Shown in pieces: positions 46,572-59,064 of a stretch of DNA of 64,000 nucleotides (the first letter of the stretch is position 1; each line of letters starts with the position of its first letter). The stretch lies in the NCBI GenBank assembly GCA_002104905.1, contig MCFE01000203.1:62001-126000 (forward strand), written 5' to 3'. Source of the stretch: Basidiobolus meristosporus CBS 931.73 (taxonomy: Eukaryota; Fungi; Basidiobolomycota). The translations under genes were made by a program, and so were the position numbers. The notes under the pieces are model-generated. The model was not told the DNA's origin. It ran no database searches and was given only the letters and a program-made list of their open reading frames with translations.

Positions 46572-47370
46572 CTAGGCTTTGGTTTGTTTGAACGCAGCTA
46601 GGCTGAGCTCCTTCTCGATGTTGTCGAAGATGTTCACGGTAGACTGAAGCGAGTCGATCAGGATCTCCAATCGGGTACCATCGAAATTCTCCTCCTGTAA
46701 ACGAAGGTGAGTCCGGGTGTCCATCAAAGAGGGGAGCACGAGTTAGGGAGAGGAGGAAGGGGGAAGCTGGTTACCTGTCGGAGCTGATTGAGCTCTTCAC
46801 CGAACCCTTCGGTGAGTTTACCGAGATAGAAGTTCTTGAAGTGGTCTTCAGCCGCGGTCTCCACCTGACCTTGAGCCTCCTCCATGTCCATCGTATCCTG
46901 GAAGAAAACCCAGTTAATCTTACGAAACCTTTCCCAGGGTAAGGTTTGCAGAAGCACGTACCAAGGAGGACTCGATGATGTTGAGACGGTTGAAGCTTTT
47001 GGAGGTCTCTACGTTCACCCGACTGATGGTTTTCCAGAGACCAAATTCCACGAACTGCTTCGACAAAGGAAGCTCCGAATTGACTTGGATATCCTTTGAA
47101 GAGAAGGTGCGATTAACGTGGGTGGGCTTGAAACCGATGTCGACCTGCAAATACCTTCAACACGATGTCGGAGAGTAGATCTGGCTCTTCCCTAGAAGCC
47201 TTGTAGAGATTGACAGATTGTTTGATCGACGAGAGAACATCGAGCTGGAGCTTGGGGAGCTCCTCCAGCAAGGTATCTCTAGGAGTGTCCTGGTCAAGCG
47301 ATATGTCCCCCTCGAAGATGCTCGACAGCAGCGTCTCCAATTCGGTAAGCACCTCTTTCAATTCCTCCAT
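46572..47370 (-). CDS. Protein with C-terminal Rsa3 (ribosome assembly 3)-like domain, 4 exons
   Basis: Spliced C-terminus FKNFYLGKLTEGFGEELNQLRQ/EENFDGTRLEILIDSLQSTVNIF fits the RSA3 pattern F..FYL...T..FG.DL..LR...DF....L..L...L. The upstream exons link through GT-AG introns. Confidence 0.62.
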
Positions 47371-47708
47371 GTCTAGCGCACACCCAAAAGCAGTGCAGAG
47401 TCCTAATCGGAATCTTTTTCTTGGCCGGAGACCATGCGAATCCCAAATCAACATTTTCTTTTTTTCCCCTTTTTTTATTGATCTCATCGAGGCGAAGTGG
47501 ATTGGTTTCTGGATTCGGGAAATGGTCGGGATTTTCGGCGGTCCCTGGGTTGGGTAGTGTAGTGTACGGTGCTGCACGGTACGGTACGGTAGTGTAGGGT
47601 AGAGTCAAGGGAGATAGGTAGGGTATCAGGTCGCGGTGGTGGGTGCGGATCCTCCAAAGCACCACACCTCCGAGCCCGATGTCTCTGGAGTCCGCGAGAA
47701 CGGTATAT

Positions 47709-48616
47709 TTAAAAAAAGGCCCGGTTGGCGTCAGCTTCGACGTCCTCGCATGAGATTTCTTTCTTCTTCTGCCTTTCTAGTCAAATAAGCCTGTGTTCAA
47801 ATTAGCCCAGGTCTGCAACAGCGATTCCATCGTTCCATTGCACATACCGCAGCTCCTTTAAGATGTCTTTTATGCTCCTCTATACTTCTCTGCGCCCGCT
47901 CTGGGGTTATACCACTAGCGACCCTATGAAACAGCAGAGTTGGCTCTTTGGTCTTCAGTCTACCTTGGGAGGAGCCGAAATCGGACTTCCGTGAGTCAGA
48001 GGTGGAGGCGGAGCCGTGTGCAGCCTTCAGACCTAAAGGACATCCACCAGGGTGAGCAAAACAAAGGTCTGGAAATACTGAAAAAGACACGTACTTGAAA
48101 GTTTGGTCTGGACTTTGCCCAAGTTGGTCAAGGGTTCGGTGGAGCGAACCTTTTTGGTGACGCTTTCCACCTCGGGCACCCCTTGCGCTTTGCCGTAGAG
48201 CGGCAAGGGATTTCCGGTGAGGATGGCCTCTGAAATCGGCACCTCACTCGAGATCTTGGTTAGGTTCTTCCGCTTTCGAATATATGGTCGGAGCTCTGGA
48301 AGTGGTTCGGTGGTGGTCGGTAGTGCAAGTTCAGCAAGCTGAGGCTCGTAGTCAAAATCTAAACCTCCGTTAGATTCTGGTGCATACAAGTCAGTTGGTT
48401 GCGTGTACCTGGTTCAGTGGAGGCCTCTAATGGGTCACCGCTATTTTCTGAGGTTGAGGTTTGTGGCGGCAGCTGTTGGTGTTCTTCAATTTGAGGGGAA
48501 GTCTTGGCAGGTGGCTCATGATGTTCCGCCGGCAAGCTCCCTTCTTTTACATACCAAGTCTGGGTGTAAGGATCCCAGTAATATGGATAGTAAGGGTTGT
48601 CATAGTCCATGTCCAA
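47709..48616 (-). CDS. Hypothetical multi-exon protein (Pro/Glu-rich N-terminus, basic C-terminus)
   Basis: ORF fragments MDYDNPYYPYYWDP..., ESNGGLDFDYEP... and LKAAHGSAST... can be joined through GT-AG pairs, one only 32 nt long. No family recognised. Confidence 0.35.
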
Positions 48617-48811
48617 GAAACAATATTCATCAATTCATACACAAGAGCCTAATAAGCCCAAAAACGAGACCCATCGCCCCGAATTTGAATAATAACATGG
48701 AATGCGCCGAAATTAGCGATCTGGAAGAGGGACTTGATTTGGATTCATAATGAATGGGTTTATTTCATGAGATAATGCGAATATTAATGATGAATGCGTA
48801 GAGGGATTGAA

Positions 48812-49057
48812 CTACAATCTGTCTCTAGCCCAGGATTTGGCGAATTCCCTGTTAACGGCGAAGAGTTTGAGGTTGGTATCTTGTTCAATGGATCTCCAAG
48901 GATAAGGGTTGCCCTTTCTATCCCAGACAACTTGGGAACCGCGAGCGAGGCGGGAAACGTACCAAGCGGCACCACCAACAGCAACGCCAAGAATACCGAC
49001 AATGGGGAGAACCTCCACGCTATACCAATTTTTCATGAATCCAGCTCTGGCAGCCAT
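48812..49057 (-). CDS. NDUFA4/COXFA4-like (B12D) small mitochondrial membrane subunit, 81 aa
   Basis: EVLPIVGILGVAVGGAAWYVSRLAR...V.WDRKGNPYPW...K is the typical fungal NDUFA4-like pattern. Confidence 0.82.
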   Translation of the reverse strand: MAARAGFMKNWYSVEVLPIVGILGVAVGGAAWYVSRLARGSQVVWDRKGNPYPWRSIEQDTNLKLFAVNREFAKSWARDRL

Positions 49058-50119
49058 TGTTGTTGTTAGTTGTGAAATGGAAAGGTGAGGCTCAGAGATG
49101 TGACTGACTAGGGTATTTATACTTGGTGGGTGTTTGGTGCTCTAACCGCTAGATGTCGACGGATCTAATCGTAACCGTTTTCACCGAATCAACACCCATT
49201 AGCGGCGGCGAAGCGGGAAGGTGGTCGCACAGAAATCACGTCAATTATGTCCCTTCTCCATATCTGTGGTCCGAAGAAACCGGAAATATCTGTGGCTCTA
49301 TCAATAGATGAAAAAACCCCATTCGCATGGATACTGGATGGCCAACTGCGGTATAGCTCCCAATGGCTACGCTCAGGAGAATACTGCGTCTGATGGTGAT
49401 ACAATCGGCTCACTACCGTCAATGAGAATTAGAGTTTAATAATTCCCTGCACTATTGTGTGTCATGAATGCACGAATCTTGGGGAAATCGGATTTGTGTC
49501 ATCCACTCCTAACCGCTAATATAAGGCGTGTAGCAACGCCTGTGGATGAATAGAACGGAATTGAGTGTTGGGTGTTGAGTACTAAGTGGAGGAAAGCATA
49601 TGTTTGTCGGTCAATTAAAAGTATGGTTGTCATTATGGAGGGTGGGCAATGAGTGTTCCATGGATTGTTCCCTACTCCCACACTACTGGCTCATGGATGT
49701 GGGGAGTCTTTGCTGATTGCAGTTGGGAATTCCGCTGAACAATTCGCCGCGGGTTTCTCAGGCCAATGTCCTATCAAGATGGTATCAGTCTAATTATTCT
49801 TCAGAGCCAATCATGTTGCTTGGATAGCACAAGGTCACCAGAGCCTGTACTTTCCCAATTGAACCTACTTCCTGCCCCATGGCCGATAGCAACAGTGCCG
49901 GGATATCCAAATAGGCAATGGTACGTCATGGTTTGCTTGGTACATATTAAATGGTATATTATTGATCATGAGTTGAAAAATGAGTTTACATGTTTAGGCA
50001 CAACATTAATGGCGTTACTAGGACGTAATAATCTCTAGGCGGGTTGCGGATGAATCGGAGGAATGGTTAACAAACGAAACCACATGTATATGTCAGAAAG
50101 TAAATGGATTTGCTTTGAT

Positions 50120-51661
50120 TTACTCCATAGAGAAATCGCAGTCTTCTAGGCGCACAAGCTTGGTCTTCTTGACAATCTTGTACCCAAGGAAGAGAATGAG
50201 GAACAAGAAGACAGCTAGGTAATTAGAGATAATGGAGGACCAATCGATGGGATGCGAGGCAAACCCAACATATCCTTGGCCGATAATCACTACAGTACAC
50301 AGGAACAAGGCGAGCAATGGTCCGAAGGGATAGAACATCGCGGAATAGGGAAGCTCCTTCATGTCATGTCCTTGGATAAGGAACGCTTTGCGGAAACGAT
50401 AGTGACTCAAAGCAATACCGAACCAAGCAAGGAAACCACACACACCAGAGATATTCAGCAGCCATTCGTAGACGACGCCTCCCTTCAAGAAGTTTGAAGC
50501 GAAGGCAACACAAGCAACCAAGGTGGTAGCCGCCAGGCAGTAGATAGGAATACCTCTTGAGTTGACCTTGCGGAGGAACTTGGGAGCCTTTCCTTCGTTG
50601 GCGAGGACCCAAAGGGTACGGGTAGAAGCGTACATTCCAGAGTTACCGGCGGAGAGGACGGTGATGAGAATAATGGCGTTCATGATATCCGGGGCTGGCC
50701 CCAAGCCAGCCTTCTGGAACACGAGGGTGAAGGGGGAAATGGAAACACTGTTGGATGTACCATCGCCGGCATCGAGAAGACGGGGATCGTTCCAGGGAAT
50801 CAAAAGACCAATAATGAAAATGGCACAAATATAAAACAAAAGAATACGCCAGAAAACCTGCTTGATAGCTTTGGGAACATGCTTCTCAGGGTTGGAACTC
50901 TCACCGGCAGCAACACCAACCATCTCAGTTCCCTGGAACGAGAAACCAGCGACCAAGAACACCTTGAATACACCGAGTGCTCCGTTGACGAAGGGCGCTT
51001 CAGGGATGGTCCAGTTCTCAAAGCCATAGGTATGGTGGCCAAGACCACCAGCGGCGACGACAATACCAATAATAATGAAAATAACTACAGTAATAATCTT
51101 GATCAAGGCAAACCAGTATTCGGCTTCACCATAACCTTTAACAGATATACAATTTAAGCCCACGATGATGATCAGCAGAATGATACTCCAAACAATCTTG
51201 GGAACATTTGGCAGCCAGTATTCCACGATGATACCACCAGCGACCAGTTCGACAGCGACAGTGATGGCCCAGTTGAACCAGTAGTTCCAGCCGAGAGCAA
51301 AGCCGAATGCCGAATCGACGAAGCGGCTTCCGTAGGTATTGAACGAACCGGAAACAGGCATGTACGTTGCCATCTCACCCAAACTGGTCATCAGCAAGAA
51401 CACCATGATACCGATGGCAAAGTAAGAAACCAAGGAACCACCAGGTCCGGCGTTTGCGATAGATGATCCGCAAGCAAGGAATAAACCAGTACCAATCGTA
51501 CCACCAATGGAAATCATCGACAAGTGGCGAGATTTAAGAGTACGCTGAAGCTTCTGGGTCTCCTCCCCAGACTTCTCCATATTCGACTTCTCAGTGTCGT
51601 GGAGCTTCTCCTCTCCGTGTAATGTATCGGAGTCCATAGGATTTAATTCAACACTCCTCAT
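50120..51661 (-). CDS. APC-superfamily amino acid permease, strongly LysP-like, intronless, 513 aa
   Basis: RHLSMISIGGTIGTGLF, FGFALGWNYW, GEAEYWF, GFSFQGTE, QVFWRILLFY, VLSAGNSGMYASTR; about 12 transmembrane segments. Confidence 0.93.
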   Translation of the reverse strand: MRSVELNPMDSDTLHGEEKLHDTEKSNMEKSGEETQKLQRTLKSRHLSMISIGGTIGTGLFLACGSSIANAGPGGSLVSYFAIGIMVFLLMTSLGEMATYMPVSGSFNTYGSRFVDSAFGFALGWNYWFNWAITVAVELVAGGIIVEYWLPNVPKIVWSIILLIIIVGLNCISVKGYGEAEYWFALIKIITVVIFIIIGIVVAAGGLGHHTYGFENWTIPEAPFVNGALGVFKVFLVAGFSFQGTEMVGVAAGESSNPEKHVPKAIKQVFWRILLFYICAIFIIGLLIPWNDPRLLDAGDGTSNSVSISPFTLVFQKAGLGPAPDIMNAIILITVLSAGNSGMYASTRTLWVLANEGKAPKFLRKVNSRGIPIYCLAATTLVACVAFASNFLKGGVVYEWLLNISGVCGFLAWFGIALSHYRFRKAFLIQGHDMKELPYSAMFYPFGPLLALFLCTVVIIGQGYVGFASHPIDWSSIISNYLAVFLFLILFLGYKIVKKTKLVRLEDCDFSME

Positions 51662-53317
51662 ATCGTCTTTGGTTCAAGCGAGAAATCCTCGGTGTAAGAA
51701 GGAATTGTGAAAGTTAATAAAATAAGGGAATCTTTTGCGAGCAGGCGATGGTCAGAACAAGTCTGGCGAGTAGGTGTTACTTGACGAAGTGGAGTTTTCG
51801 CACGAGTAGGTAAAGCTTGAACGCGATATTCAAGAGTGTGAGAATTTTCCAACCTTGATTGCGAGCAATATATACCCGGAAGAATTGATTCTCGAAAAAT
51901 ACTGAAGAAACAGGTTGTCCAACCACAGGATCCCACCCCATAAAAGGGAATATCTACCCAATCAGAATATTTCTACACTTGTCTAGAAATTGCCTTTTGT
52001 GGGGAGGGATTTTATTATATTCAGTTAGGAAAGCATCCACTCACCGATTATTGGACCATCTAAAGGCCATGAGTCATATTTACACTACTTCACTTTAGGT
52101 TTGTCATCTTGGTAAACTTCTATATCCACAGGTAGGCGTGGGTTGGTTGGTCGGTTGGGCACTGCATCCCATAGATTGGTAGATATTCCATTCCTGAGTG
52201 GTCAGCTGCCTTGGGGGGCGATCCGCGATACCCATCAGATTTCCAGCAGGGTGTGGTAACTGGAGAGCGCTCTACTTGATTCAACCTCAAGTCACTCGAA
52301 TAAGCAATTTACCCTGCTGCATTCAACCCTCCAATTAAGCAATAATCGATGGTGGCTATTTCGAAGTTGCGGCACTACAAAGATCCAAAATTGGCTTGTG
52401 TTCCTGATCATTTCACGATTATTCTGATTACATACCCCTCCCACATACTGATCAACAGTTACCCGTGTGATGGTCTGTGAAACGTAATGACCACAAGTTT
52501 GCAGCTTTTTCACCACATGCCATGTTGAAGATGCCAAGTTCTCCTATTTTGGTTGCTAACATGCTTTCTGGCCAGGGTGGTCCAGTGACTGATGATCGCG
52601 GCATTTGCTCCAATTAGCCCACGAAATATCTACCAACTCGGGATGTCGTGAGAAACTGAAAGAACTTATTTTACACAAGTAAAGCATATAGCAAAGCTAA
52701 ATGTTTTAAACTTTTCAGCATTGCCGTTTTGAGCTTCAGCCGTATATAGCGGGAGCTCAATCCCCTCTCATCCTGCTGTTTCCCGTCTGTATATCCTGAC
52801 TTTGAGTGGGAAATCATTCTTTCCTTTGTCACTGCCAATGATTGACTGTAGATCAATGCGTCACGTCTACAGAAGAGCCAGTGTTGAATGTTGCATGTTA
52901 GCTCAAAGGGATATTCAAGCTAGGTATGATCTAGTTTCATAGCTTGATTTGGATTTGGAGTGTTCCGAGCGTCATACAGAGTAAGACAAATATATATGTA
53001 TTGGAGGGATGTTTAGTTTATGAAAGGTTGAATTGCTGAATCATCATAGATACGGAAAATAACGCGTACCGCAAGAGTAATCCCCTGATAGAAAGCCGTT
53101 GTTACGTTTACATGTCTAAATGCAATCTGAGACAACTGATTATCCCACACCCTCCACTTCACACCTATTGGTCTTGTATAGACTGAGGATGGAGGTGACA
53201 TATTAACCAAGCAAGCGTTGGGATTGAGACTGCTAGTAAGATTTCAGCCAACATATCCGTGGGATGTATTCTGTTTATTCACTTGCATATACATGAAGAT
53301 CTTAGAATCTTAGCAGG

Positions 53318-55624
53318 CTACGCTTGGGATGGCTGTTGGATTTTCAAGGAGAAGATGGCCGCTGCCAGCGCAGAAATTCCTCCGATTCGGAGAATCCAGC
53401 CAATCGCACTGGCGCTATGATTGGGCTCCATGCCAGGTGTGTCACCGATGGGTTGCGAGGAATGCGACTCAAACAGGTAGAATATTATGCTGCTAATGAA
53501 GGTGATCACGAATTGCGGAAAGACAATGTACATGTTGTGAATGCCAAGGATCAGACCGGCAGAATCACCCGTGTTTGTCTCGGGCTGACGATCATCCTCA
53601 ACGTCCGCGTCACGAGCATCCCCCGTCTCTCGAAGTTGATGGTATTCCGTATCGGTGTCGGTAGATCCGCTGGGGTTCACCAGACCTCGTTGAGACCTCG
53701 CCAAATACTCCCCTATCAATGAGAATGGTGCCCACAGTGTGACGGCCCAAGAAAACCCACAGATGGCGATAATCACGGTCGCTTCTTCGACCGCACTAAC
53801 GGCCAGGGTGAAGATCATCGACATGGAGAAGATTACATGGGAAAAGGTGTAGCACTTGAGGAGGTCCAGGCCCAGGGGGTTCCAGTTGTTCGATTTAGGT
53901 GGATATACGCTGCTGTCGTAGGACTCGATGATGAGAGGTAGTACGATAGACGTAGTCAGTGAGACCACGGCAAATAGAAATAGCGCAAAAGACCCAGCTC
54001 TGGTGGATGCCCCGACAATGTCTTTGGTCTTTTGAAATGGATCAGACACAAAGAGCTCAGATACCCAGGTGGTGGAGTAGAATAGGAAGGGGAACCATCC
54101 GATCCAAGCGTAGAATTGGGTGTTGCATATTTGCTGGATTGGCTCTGGAAGTGTACGAAGGGACTTGATGATCTGAAACAGGGTTTGGAAAGGGGAGTTG
54201 CTGTGGCGCACAAAAGGTTAGCGTCGGCTTCATACCATGTAGCCATACGAATCTCACCTCACAGCCTCTCCGAGATCTGAGCGGTCGATCTTTCTTTCTT
54301 TGACACAAAGGCTGGTGACGCCGATGGTGAAAAACAGGGTCAGTGATGCAACCATACAGAGAACCTTCAGTTGAGTGTTTCCAAGGAACGGGAACAAAGA
54401 CACCAAGTCGATAGATCCCCTAGACACATCCGGGGGTTAGTAAGAAATGCGGGCTCGAGCGATGCGTACAAGAACGTACATGAAGTATCCGAACACATTG
54501 CCGAACCCAATCATACGGCCTGCCCAGGCATTTCCGGATTCTTGTTTGGATGGAGGGAGTACATCGACAATCAAAGCCCGGCAGCTGGCTTGAACTGAAA
54601 GGATAGCATGGGGTTTAGCTTCGCTCCAAACAAAATGCATGCGTACAGCGGCGCCATACCAGAATTAATCGCAAAATCCAGCAGGTAAAACGCTAATACC
54701 GCTAGAGTGACAACCAATCGCCCCTGGGTAGTTGGGATGGTGGTTTTAGACATACGCGCCTTTACGTTGATGGTCACAACATACCTCGCTAACGCCGAAA
54801 AAGAAATTGATGATTTCTCGCGACCAACCGATGATGATAAAGGAGAAAAACACCGCGATGCTTCCCCCAATCATGAAAGGTCGTCGTCGGCCAATGGAGG
54901 AGGTGCACCTGTCGCTATAAACTCCAACTATGGGCTGCATAATGAGTCCTAAAAGGCTTCTTAGAATCACTTGACAGAAGGCCACTTGAAAGGAAGCAGT
55001 GATATACCAGATAATGGTCCGGCCAGCCAAACAAGCGACATCACTGATTTTGAAATTCCAAGAGATAGTAGGTAGGGTGTGCCTGATAAGATAATCCATT
55101 GATAAAAGTGCTCAAGTTCATCAAGATGCTTTTGCCTACCAACCATAAGACATTTCCACTGTCCCTGGAGGGTTGCAAGGGAGACGAGAAAATAGAGAGC
55201 GTTAGCATGTTGCATCAATTCTAAGCGTGTGTAAGAGCGGCAAGAAGTCCGGTTCATCGCCAGAGAAAGTACGATATCAGGGGCAGACTTACAGGTAAAT
55301 TGATATCTATGTGAACGAAGTCAGCCTTGTTTGCAAACTAAACTACTTCGCAAAAGTCACCTACCCCGCAAAACATAAGGTCAGCAAAAATATTCGCCAG
55401 CTTTCTTGAAAGGAATTGGAAGTTATGAATTGGAGAACCAGGCGATCTGGCCGAAGCAGAGATCTCGGCGCTGAGTTATTTGATGACCGTTGGCCTCCTA
55501 AGTTCGAAGAGCGATGTCGTAAACTGAGTAAAATTGGCGTGTCATCATCGGAGTATCGCGGCGGTAGCTCTTCAGAGGATCTGGGGGCCGCCTGAGTAGA
55601 GTACATTGTCTTGAGAAACGTCAT
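53318..55624 (-). CDS. MFS sucrose/alpha-glucoside transporter (SLC45 / Sut1-like), multi-exon
   Basis: TLCFAG/LQFTWSVEMSYGTPYLLSLG..SLVWLAGPLSG/LIMQPIVGVYSD...GRRRPF, ASCRALIVDVLP..Q..GNAWAGRM, CNTQFYAWIGWFPFLFY, GLILGIHNMYIVFPQF. Confidence 0.9.
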
Positions 55625-55900
55625 GCATGGTATGAATTAGAAGAACTAATTGTGAGCAAGTTGGTTTCTATATCATAACAGGCGTGTACTTGGTGGAGTC
55701 TGGCTGATTATCAAATGGATTTGGAAGGTTCCATGGTGACTGTTCGAATGAAAATAACAAATAGTCCAATTGGATGTTTAAAAATAGCGTATATTAATTA
55801 AATAGTAGGAAAATTAAGCAAAGCCAGAGCGGAATTAAAATACATCGAAATATCGGTTACAAAACCAGTTCACACTGCTAATTTGTACATATGAGTGGGA

Positions 55901-57709
55901 TTATTCAATCACCTCCAACTTGGGTCGCTTTCTTCTAGCGTCATATGAATAATCCGTGTTGGGGCGGACATTCTGGTTGGTGGTGAACATGATTGAGGGC
56001 AAAATGTTTCCGTTGCTCATGGAGTTCACGGTGGGTACTGCAAAGCCTGCCATCATAGAGATGTTGTAGCTGCTCTGTTGCTGGTTGCTCATTACAGGAG
56101 TCTGGTTGTACGATGGGGCAGAGGTATTGCTCTCGTTGTTCTCGTTGGTATAGATGTTGGTCATCACAGGAGGGAGGGTGGAGGCATTCAAAGATGGGTT
56201 GCGTGGGATCTCACGCATATCTCTCATGGCGTGGAGATGGGTGCAATATTTCTCCAGCATGCTGAACAGGCCAGCTTTGGAGAAGGGCTTGGCCAGGATA
56301 TCATTCATCCCATTGGCCAGATACGTCATGCAATCGTTTTCGGTGGTATTTGAGGTCATGGATATGATCGGTGTAACAGAGTCAAATTGGCGGATACGCG
56401 AGGTAGCTGAAATCCCATCCAAATTGGGCATCACGATATCCTGCCATCAGAAGATCCATTAGCTGGATGTCAATGAAGAAGCATGCGCCGACAGAACTAT
56501 ACCATGAACACGATGTCGTATTTCTCCAAATTCATCTTGTTAACCGCGGCCACTCCGTCGGTAGCGATGTCGAAAGAACAGCCAAAGATCTGAAGAAGCT
56601 TTCCGCTCAGTCGTTGACATATAGCGTCGTCTTCAACTAGCAGCACCTTGGGAGGGACTGACCAGCTAGAAAGATAGCCACCTCTTTGACCATCGCCGTC
56701 ATTATTGCTGGCTCTGTTCAGGCCCATGGAGTCGCCGCTCTGGAAATGGTGGTCTGAGGTAATGTTGAGAAATTGCGATTTGGCTGGAGATGAGAAACGA
56801 GACAACCAACCTATGGGGGTAGAAGCGAATTGCTGCAGAATCTGGGCTCTTTTGTTTATCTCCTCGGCTTGGCTTAGATTTGCCTTGGATATTTCGTTGT
56901 AGGAGTTAAGAAGTTTCAGGGCCTCGGTCGACCCGGCAGAGTAGGGCGCGGCGTTTTCGTTAGATTCTGATTCAGATGGTAAGTCACTGTACCTCCGGCA
57001 CCGTTGAAATCCTCTACTTACTTGACTCCTGGTTGACAAGATATTGGATAAGATTATGCATCAACTGATCTTGAGCCATCATGCTTTTCCGGAACATCAA
57101 TATCTCTTCGATCACCATCTGGTAGTTTTTGCTGAGCGACTGGAGGTATGCCGCCATGTCGGACTGTGCTTTGGTGACGTTGTTCACCTGGAAGTGCAGG
57201 TCCTCAGCCACTGCTTTCATTTCATCCGGAAGGGAGCCCACGCCAGCCAGAGTCTTGTTCTTGTTCGGTATCTTACGCTGGTGGAGAGGGTTAGCTAGAA
57301 GAAGAGAGGCGAACCTCAGATAAGACATGTTACCTTGATTAACTCCAGCTGATCACGCTTATTGTACTGGAACTTGGGGTGCTGAAATTCCCAAGCCTAT
57401 GTTGTACTTAGTAAATGGCAACAAACACGGCCACTGCTGAGCGCGTCTTACCTGGTCTCCATAGGGCTTGTTACTATCCTCGGTGTTTTTGATTTTGTGG
57501 AAATCGTATTTATTTAGTTGTCGAACAAAACTGGCGAAGTTATTATGCTTGAAATGCTTCGGCAGGATGTTTCTTGCGAACTCATTAGGCTCTTTAACTA
57601 CAAATGTGTCCCCGTTCATTCCCCAAGACACTATGTGGCTGTGGACTGTATCCTCTAACATTCGATACAGCTTTTTTACAAAATCTGGAACACCCGGTGG
57701 AGTAGACAT
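55901..57709 (-). CDS. SKN7: Skn7/Prr1-type transcription factor (HSF DNA-binding domain, coiled coil, receiver), multi-exon
   Basis: FVKKLYRMLED...KHNNFASFVRQLNKYDFHKI (HSF). Receiver: VLLVEDDAICQRL..YDIVFM/DIVMPNLDG..IISMT...DILAKPF. Confidence 0.9.
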
Positions 57710-59064
57710 TACAAGGGAAACAATGCAGTGTTGGATCGATGAAAAGATTGACGTAAATTCCGCACCGCTTCGTTTTATAGGCCTCGGAAATGGCTACAGG
57801 GGTGGTGTACAGTATTCCAATACATTAGACTCATCGTTGAATTTATCTATAAGAGCTTCCACTTCCACACTGGGAAATTGTCGATCACATCAGCCGCTCA
57901 CATCAGGAATCCAGAACAGTTGTGACCTTTGAATCTGGAATCATGGGCCACCTGCCTAAGCAGTCAAGATGGAACGCGTTATGTATGGTTGCTGAGTGGC
58001 ATTCAAGATGTTCAAATGAGGAACAAATATGGCTATTCTTCTAAGCCTGCTGCGCTTGCGCGTGTGACAGCGCGTTTTCGATTCATGAATACTTATTAAA
58101 AATCAGTCTCCTATTTGGAAACACTTGGAAGGGTGGGTGCTGTAAACATCTTCGCTCACATTGCTCTCAGCATGCTCTTTTTCTTGGCTGCCCTTCTTTT
58201 GAGGTTGGATTCCAGAACCATGTACGGGAGATGTAACTAAGCCCAGAGCAAAGCTATCTACCAAGCAGCAATACAAGGCCTAGGCCTGTCCAGAACATTC
58301 TAGGCGTTATGAGGATTCATGCTGCCTAGATCACTCAGTATCGTGGTCATCTGATTCGCCGGGGCTGCCACAATAGTATTGGAAGTTATCGTGCTAACTG
58401 ATATTTTAAAGTTGTTCCATGATGGAGGAGCCTATTGCTAGGCATAGTTTGTTCCATTGCCACTCGTTCGTTTCATAAACACTCACAGTCAATTATGATG
58501 TCACATAATCTGTATCTGCTTATCGGATCCGACCTTGCACTGCATGAGCGTGTTCATCAATATAGCAATTAGGATCCTTGATGGCAAGTGGTAGTGAAAC
58601 CAAGCTGCCTCACATTGTCTACGATTCGGCTGGCAGTTTCCTTTGATTTGCCAGATCCAGCTGATATATCCATTGCAAACAATACAGCCTCAACGATCCA
58701 GCTGATATCTATTGGTCTAGATAGGTACTGGGTCCGCTCCGGTCTGGTTCACTGGGCTAGGAATCCCATTTCCCGGTATCCTTTTGAGCCAAGTCTAGTC
58801 GCAGATGAAGGCTATGTCCGTTCCTTGAAGTCAAGTCCCGATCCACCAAGGAGGTCAATGCTTCCATAATATTATGTCCTTTTAATCGAAATTTCTAGGT
58901 AACCCAGAGGCCCATATTTAGGGATGGCATTTGAAACCATGCGTGTTACTGTGAGGGGCTAGCGAGGGAGTGGCACGAGTTGAGTTACCCAAACTCTATT
59001 CGTAGTACACATGCCGCTCTGCTATGTACAGGCTCGTTAAACTAGTGTACAAAGTGAACGTAGA

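Noticed and set aside
58588-58869. 93-aa ORF between SKN7 and the kinase, with a repeated GATCCAGCTGATAT
   Set aside because: GTG start, no homology recognised, and only a two-copy short repeat.
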